A stretch of 64,000 nt of DNA, from the NCBI RefSeq assembly GCF_009914755.1, contig NC_060944.1; one strand, given 5' to 3'. Source of the DNA: the human T2T-CHM13v2.0 reference genome, Homo sapiens. The notes beneath the pieces were generated by a model. The model made no database searches and was not told where the DNA came from. It saw only the letters and a list, made by a program, of their open reading frames with translations. The position numbers and the translations under genes are program-made. How positions within the stretch are numbered: position 1 is the stretch's first letter; every line of letters begins with the position of its first letter. Of the stretch, positions 57,546-64,000 are shown one piece after another.

Positions 57546-58676
57546 GCACAAAAAAATCCAACCTGGAGTTGTGTGATTTTGATACCAAAGTAAGTTCACT
57601 TTTCCTCCAAAAGGAAGTTTTTATTTTTCCAAGATTTATAACTAAAGCATACACTTAGATGACTTATTAACATTCACTTGATACAACATATAAACAAAAT
57701 AGTAACAGATTCTGAGTGGTTATTTTGTGGACTGTGACAAGCACTTCAAATACAAAATGTTAGGAGGGCAAAACGGTGCGGGCCCTCGTAGGTCAGGCAG
57801 GCACCAGTGGGCTCCTTCCTGCTGAAAGCTGTGGCTGTGAGATGAGACCGCTGGCTGGGTCACAGAGTGAAATCCAGCGTTCCGTGTGCGGACGAGGAGA
57901 CAAGCTGTCCTGGCCAGCCATCGCACCCCAATGTCTTCAGCTTGACGTTGCTTCTCTGCCAGTGGAGCCTCCTCCACCACCTGGGAACATCCCTGGCCAT
58001 CTGTCCCTGAAGTCCTCCTCACCATGACGCAGATCACAAGGCACCCACTAAAGGGGCAAAGCCAGGAATCCCGTGCCATGTGATCGCCCCGTGTGGCACC
58101 TGCCACTCGTCTGCACCAAACGCACTGCCAGTTCTGGGGAAGAACAGCCCAGGGAAGCTGCTGGTCTACGGCCTGCCTGAGCTGTATTCCAAGGGTAGAG
58201 CAGCTGCCTGGGGGGACCCTGTGGGTCCCTTTTCTATAGAGCCGGGACAAATCCACAGCCCTGCAGTAACAGCCTGCCACAAAGAGCAGGCATCTGGAGG
58301 GCCCCACACACATAGACCAAAGGACTGAGCCCGCCTGGCATTCTTCCACTCACAGCACAAATACTCAGCCCTGCAGCCAGGGAAGGGTGGGGTCTCCCTT
58401 TGCTGCCCAAGTGTGCCCCCTTGCCCGTCTGATCTCTCCTGTTAGGTCAGCCTCATTCAGGGCTTTGTGCCAGGTCCTGTCCTGGAGTCTCAGTCCGGGA
58501 CAGCAGCCTGGCTCTTAGGCAGTCCAGAAGCAGCAGGGCAAAGGGGGGCAAATACTAACACGGGGTGTCACGGGATGGCCAGGAGGAGTCCTGCTCGCCA
58601 CCCAGGCTCACTGTCCTAAACCTCCATCTGAAACCGCATCTCGGGTGACCTCAGATTGTGCTAGGAAAGCCTAGTT

Positions 58677-58682
58677 AATAAA
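58677..58682 (+). terminator. MRGBP distal poly(A) signal candidate (AATAAA)
   Basis: gttaataaatctg. Confidence 0.5.
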
Positions 58683-59676
58683 TCTGCCTCATCTCGATTA
58701 CTGTAACATTTTGCTGCACTTCCAGGAGAAAGCTAGAGCCCACAGGTTAAGCCCACCGGGCAGGTGAGCAGCGTGCCCCCGCCCCGGGCCTCCCTTCTGG
58801 ACCAGAGGCTGACTGGTTGAAGTCAGGAGCCACGCAGCCCTTATGGACTCACAGGGGCTTCTGGGCTTCCCTGTGGGGAGGCCCAGTTCATGCTCTGCTG
58901 GCAGGTGGGATGACCAGGTCAAATTCACAAGTGTCAGGGCAAGGGCGATGTGGCCTCAAGTCCTGGTAAGCGCTGTACTTACCCTCTCCTGGCCCCAGGG
59001 GTCCTGTCTGTAACCTGGGGGCTTTATGTAATGCACACTCCACCATGTCATGTAGAAGGTGCCGACTGAACCCCAATCTGAAAAGGAAAACAGCTGGCAT
59101 GAGGCTGGCCCGTGCACGGACGCTCACGCGCCTGCTGCTGTAGAGGCGAGACGTGGTACACTGTGCACTCGGGACAAGATCTGAACGGGTCAGAAGCCGC
59201 CGCTGATGTTGAGCCTGGAAGCCTCAGCAGCGGCTCTACACCTGGAACACGCAGGGCCCAAGAGCACCTGCTGCCGCAGAGACATTTTCTCTATGGCTGG
59301 CAGCTGCGGGTGGGGACTCAGTGAAGGCTGAGAGTGGGAGTGATCTGAACTCCCCCGCCTGCCCACCCAGGGCGACCCAGGGGTGACTGGGAAAGGCAAT
59401 TGGGCTCCACTGCTCCCCAAATAGCAGCGAATAAATACTGAGCGGCAGGGCACTGGCAGCGAGGCTCCCTGCTTGGCTGGTTGATTGAGGACAGGGCATG
59501 CTTGGGCCAAATCAGGAGGCTGCCACTGGTCTTGCCTGGAGAAGATATGAAGGCTGTAATCCAAGCTCCCAGCCACACAAAATTCTGCTGGGCTCCTTAG
59601 CTGTGAGCATTGCCTGCTCCAGGCACATCACCCACTGCGTGTGCAGAGACCATTGCCCTTCCTGGGTGCCTGGGAG

Positions 59677-59677
<1 letters not shown>

Positions 59678-59727
<50 letters not shown>
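59678..59727. repeat. (TG)n microsatellite
   Basis: ~25 units. Confidence 0.95.
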
Positions 59728-59729
<2 letters not shown>

Positions 59730-59907
59730 TATGTGACAGAGAAAGAGAGCCCCTTTCCCCAGCCTCAACAGCAAACCCTTCTGGAATGCCGTGCCACACG
59801 GGGCGTCACTGGACTGCAGAGGATGCTCTGAAGAAGCAATTCTGTTGCACAGTCCCCTGCAGCAGCTCCTGCACTTCTTGGATTAGCACGCCCCCGAGAT
59901 GAGCTCT

Positions 59908-59937
59908 GCACACACACACACACACACACACAACACA
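59908..59937. repeat. (CA)n microsatellite
   Basis: Directly visible. Confidence 0.9.
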
Positions 59938-61782
59938 AAAGCAACTAAAGAAGCAATTTGGTGTGGTGATATTTGTAAAACAGAAGTTGGGCAATGTCTC
60001 TAATACTCTTTTTAGGGAAGTGGTTCTATAGTCCTGCCGACAGTAGGTAGCAGCGGGAATGCTGTCCCCGTAGAACAATGTTGTCAGCACCCAGTATGCT
60101 TGTCTTTCTGTTTTCTGGGGCAGTGGAGGGGGCAGCCTGACCACCCAAGTCTCAGATCACCCAAACCCTATACAACCACCCAGCACCCATCAATGTCCCC
60201 ATCAGAGCCCCCCGACTCCACCTCACAGTCTATTCTGATGCTGCAACCAGATCCCACCTGTAAATCATCTAACAAGGAGGTCAGGCAGCTCACTCAGGCT
60301 CCCTGGGAAACCTGCCCTGGCCACTGCACTAAGTTGATTTACAGAAATGTCCAGCGCCCCAGAACTTCGGGGCATCACCACTGTCGTTTCAAGAAAGTGT
60401 GATGCATGTCCACAGGTTCCAGCCAGGTGAGACTGCACCTGCTAACAGTGGTCAACAGGTCAGCAAAGATTAGGGCCCAGCACCCAGAGGGTCCTTAACC
60501 TGTACTTGTGGCCAGGATTGGAAGACTTGCGTTCACGGCTGTCCCTGGCACACAGTACAAGGAATGTCACCAGTTCCCAGGCCCAGCAGGCCTGCAGGGC
60601 TAGGAGATGGCAGTGTCCCCTAGGGGCTGGGCTGGGGCCTTCTCCACCTTTCCACCACCATCATTACAGGGACAACTCTGCGAGGAGCTATCCTCATGGC
60701 CAAGTCCAAAATCCAGATTTAGTTTTACCTAAATGTTTTGAAATGAATTGGTATAGCAGTTACAGAAGAAATTTATCTGGAGTGGCCACTCCTGATTTTT
60801 ATTTCAAGAGGTCACCAACCTTGCCATGTATCTGCCAGCAGATGTCAAAGGTGGATGAGCAAGGGACCCGCGGTGCTGGGAAATGGCAGGTGAAAGTGAC
60901 TTTGTGTTGCCCCATATCTGCCAGTGCTTAGAGAGAGGGCCCTGAGGAGGCGCTGAACTGGCATCAGCTGTGTTGAACAGTCCCCAGGGTGACCCTCCCG
61001 GTGGCCCAGGCTTCGTGTGGTCCTCTCCCCTAAGTGCCTTCTTACAACTGAGAGATGGCGGCAAAGGTGAAGGAAGCCACGGCTTGCCCATGTCATCCTG
61101 GTTATATAAGACTCGGCACCCTAGAGAGAAAGACTCCCCTGGTGGCTTTGAAAAGAAAACGGCCGTGCTTTGCACTGCCTATGGAGGGACAGGGGTCCGC
61201 CAGCAGCTTCCAGCAGCTGAGTAAGGCCCCCAGCCCGCAGCAGAAGGACAGAGACCCCTACACACCCAGCTTAGGGAGAGAGGCCCCTGTGGACACGTGG
61301 CCCCTCCGGGGGTTATCCTCCAAGGGACATTCTTCTGATGGGGACATCCTCTGGGGGGATTTCTCTTGGGGGACAGAAATATTCCTGGAAGAGGGGATTC
61401 TCTGCGGGGCAGGCATCCTCCGGGGAGAGAATCCTGCTGGGAGGACATCGTCGGGAAGACATCCTTCCTAGGTACCCGGCTCATCTTCCGGGGAGACCGT
61501 CCTCTGGGGGGCGGGCAGGCTTTGGGGACATTTTCGGGAGGGAGGATCTCCTAGGGCGGGCATCCTTGCGAGACGGGGTGGGGCGAATCCTCCCGGGTGG
61601 GCATCGTGGGGTGGGGGTGGGCGTTCCGCGAGGGGCATCCTCCCGGGCGGACGTTGGGGGATTCTCGGGGGAGGGAGGGGCGCGGGGCGGGCGTCCCGGG
61701 GAGGGAGGGGCGTTGCGCGCGGACGCGGGCGGGGCCTGGGCCGCTCCGTCCCCTCCCCCCGCCCGCCCCCCGCGCTTCCTCT

Positions 61783-61801
61783 GCTTTCGGTTTCGCTTCC
61801 G
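61783..61801 (-). promoter_or_regulatory. Composite ETS-IRF/ISRE element (CGGAAGCGAAACCGAAAGC)
   Basis: Overlapping matches to GAAANNGAAA and GGAANNGAAA. Confidence 0.7.
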
Positions 61802-61831
61802 CCTCCAGCGCGAGCCCCGCCGCCGCCGAGC

Positions 61832-62002
61832 ATGGACGACCCCGACTGCGACTCCACCTGGGAGGAGGACGAGGAGGATGCGGAGGACGCGGAGGACGAG
61901 GACTGCGAGGACGGCGAGGCCGCCGGCGCGAGGGACGCGGACGCAGGGGACGAGGACGAGGAGTCGGAGGAGCCGCGGGCGGCGCGGCCCAGCTCGTTCC
62001 AG
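61832..62002 (+). CDS. OGFR: Opioid growth factor receptor, coding exon 1 (gene continues beyond the window)
   Basis: agcATGG; MDDPDCDSTWEEDEEDAEDAEDEDCEDGEAAGARDADAGDEDEESEEPRAARPSSFQ; donor cag|gtgcgg; 171 bp. Confidence 0.95.
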
Positions 62003-63217
62003 GTGCGGCCCCGCGGCGCGGAAGAGGCCTGGGGTCCCCGGCGCCCCCCGCCCGGCTGCGTGGACGGGAGACCCCCCCATCCCGGGCGGAGACACCTGGA
62101 GCCTCCTGGAGCTCCCGCAGCTCCGGGGACCCCCCCCCAGACCGGCCGACCCCCAGCCCCAGGGCCCGGCGGGGAAGTGCGGGGGCCGCGCGTGGGTGAC
62201 AGCGGAGCTGAGCCTCCCGGGCCCCATCGTGTGTGGGCGCCGTTCCCCCCGGGGGTGCCTCGGGCGCGTCCCGCCCCCAGCCGCCGTGGCCGCCCCTGAT
62301 GGAACCCCTCCCGCCTCGGGCCCGCGCCTCGGCCTCCTGGCGGCCCCTGCGCAGGCCCCGCGGCCTGGGGCTGGGGCTGGGGCTGGGGCTGGGGCCCGGG
62401 CCGGGTCTGGCCTGGGAGGCTTCGCGTCTGCACCTGCGGGAGCCCGGGGCGGGCCGACGGGGCCTCCGCTTGTTACTTTTGTTACCGCCGGGCGCCTGTC
62501 ATCGCCGGGGTTACTTTTGTTGCCGCGCTGGGAACGCCACACTGTCGCAGTCCGGCCCCCTGTCGGGGAGCTGGGATTGATCTGGGAGCGGCCTTCCAGC
62601 TGAGCTGCCCGGGTTGCGGAGGGCCGGGAAGTGCATGGAACTCGACGGCTCCGCATGGATTCTCCCCTTGGCACCCAGCACTGTTTGCGTTTGCGCCTGG
62701 CCATGGTGGAGCGGGCAGTGAGAGAGCACGGAGGGGCTCCGCCCTGTCGCCGGGAGGGCAGCGGCCAGGCAGGCTGGGCAGGGGGGTGGGGTCTGGCTCT
62801 GTCCCACAGGACGGTGTGACCCCTGGGTGGGCTCTTGACGGGCTTTCCTCACTGGAGTTCCTCAGGCCGCTCTCCTGAAGCGGTGCTCAGAGGCCCTGAC
62901 CATCCTGCCAGGCGCCCGTGACCCCTGACCTCTTCCCTCTGCCTCCTGCTGTGGCTTCTGTCCACAAGCCCCTCCCCTTCCCCTTTGGACCCCTCAGGCC
63001 TCCCCAGCTGCCTGCGCTGGACCCTGGCGGGGCTGTTTCACTTTTTCCTGGGCAGTGTCATGTATGCACCTGTGGGCTGACTGTGTGGCCACATCCAGTC
63101 AGGACCCAGCCTCCAGAACTGACCCAGGGAGGCTCCCGCTGGCCCCAGGAAGGAGAAGTAGAAACTGATGATCAGGCGGGGCGAGAGAACCACACCAGCG
63201 GCCCTGTTGAGAAATCA

Positions 63218-63555
63218 GGCCGAGAGGTCGGTGGCGGTGGCTCAGGCCTGTAATCCCAGCACTTTCGGAGGCCTGGGCAGTCGGATCACCAGAGGTCAGG
63301 AGTCCAAGATTAGCCTGGCCAACATGGTGAAACTGTTGTCTCTACTAAAAATACAACATTAGCCAGGCGTGATGGGCACCTGTAATCCCAGTTCCTCCAG
63401 AGATTGAAGCAGGAGAATTGCTTAAACCTGGGAGGTGGAGGTTGCAGTGAGTGGAGATTGCCTGGGAGGTGGAGGTTGCAGTGAGTGGAGATTGCCTGGG
63501 AGGTGGAGATTGCATGAAGCTCCATCTCGAGGGGAAAAAAATAAGAAAGAAAAAT
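63218..63555 (+). mobile_element. Diverged Alu with an internal 34-bp duplication
   Basis: cctgggaggtggaggttgcagtgagtggagattg at 63427 and 63461, partial copy at 63495. Confidence 0.85.
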
Positions 63556-64000
63556 CAGGCAGAGAGGCAACGCCAGGTCCCAGCTGGAGCTCAGCGGGGA
63601 GCCAGGGGATACAGTGGCTGACCGGGCCTCCTAACCCCACTTCTAGCACTCCCCCAGGATCCTGGGTCCCAATTGTTGCCCTGGACAAATACACCCATTC
63701 CTGCCCTACCCACCGAGTGAGGCTCAGCCCCAGGCCCCCCACCCTCATCACAAGGTCAGGGCTGTGTCCCAGCATCCTCATCACTAGGTACTTCCGGCCC
63801 TTTGCTCAGCCCCATGATGCTTGGCCTGCAGAGATGGGGGCTGAAGGGCTTGGGGCATCAAGGGGACCTGACATCTTGCTGAGAAGCCATCACTAGACAG
63901 GGCTGGAGGCTGGAGACTCAGGGCCTGCCCTCACCGTGGCCAGTGAGGCGTGGGGTTGGGCAGGGAAGGGGCATTCATTCATTAGACCCTGCCAGAAGCA

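Larger units (their letters stand above)
57595..62550 (-). ncRNA. OGFR-AS1: Probable antisense lncRNA from the OGFR CpG island towards the MRGBP 3'UTR
   Basis: Minus-strand AATAAA at 57620-57625; identity and extent from recalled locus organisation; exons not resolved. Confidence 0.4.
61560..62760. promoter_or_regulatory. OGFR: OGFR CpG island and promoter
   Basis: Dense CpG and GC boxes upstream of ATG 61832. Confidence 0.85.

Noticed and set aside
61338-62704. 321-421-aa ORFs across the OGFR CpG island
   Set aside because: GC-rich shadow frames; only 61832-62002 matches a known protein and ends at a splice donor.

Overview
Human (primate) genomic DNA, GC-rich and repeat-dense, matching the gene order of distal chromosome 20q13.33. 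It contains the 3' part of NTSR1 (neurotensin receptor 1: end of intron 1, coding exons 2-4 and a ~2.5 kb 3'UTR, + strand), a ~31 kb intergenic stretch that probably holds a minus-strand lncRNA (LINC00659), the complete 5-exon MRGBP gene (204 aa, + strand), a probable antisense lncRNA (OGFR-AS1) and exon 1 of OGFR. The rest is Alu, L1, MaLR/ERV1 LTR, MER53, MIR and many tandem repeats; repeat subfamily names are from recalled consensus sequences, not a search. Most notable: (1) the NTSR1 exon-3 splice acceptor is the last unit of a 38-bp tandem array. Eight near-identical decoy acceptors lie upstream; each would give R-A-V-G-L-STOP (a 5-TM receptor) and each AG is followed by GT. (2) An old AT-rich L1 remnant upstream of MRGBP has been locally converted into a CpG island. 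(3) A 123-bp inverted, locally templated copy sits in the apex of a palindromic MER53. (4) A composite ETS-IRF/ISRE element lies at the OGFR start. Long ORFs in the ORF track outside these exons are repeat or GC artefacts.
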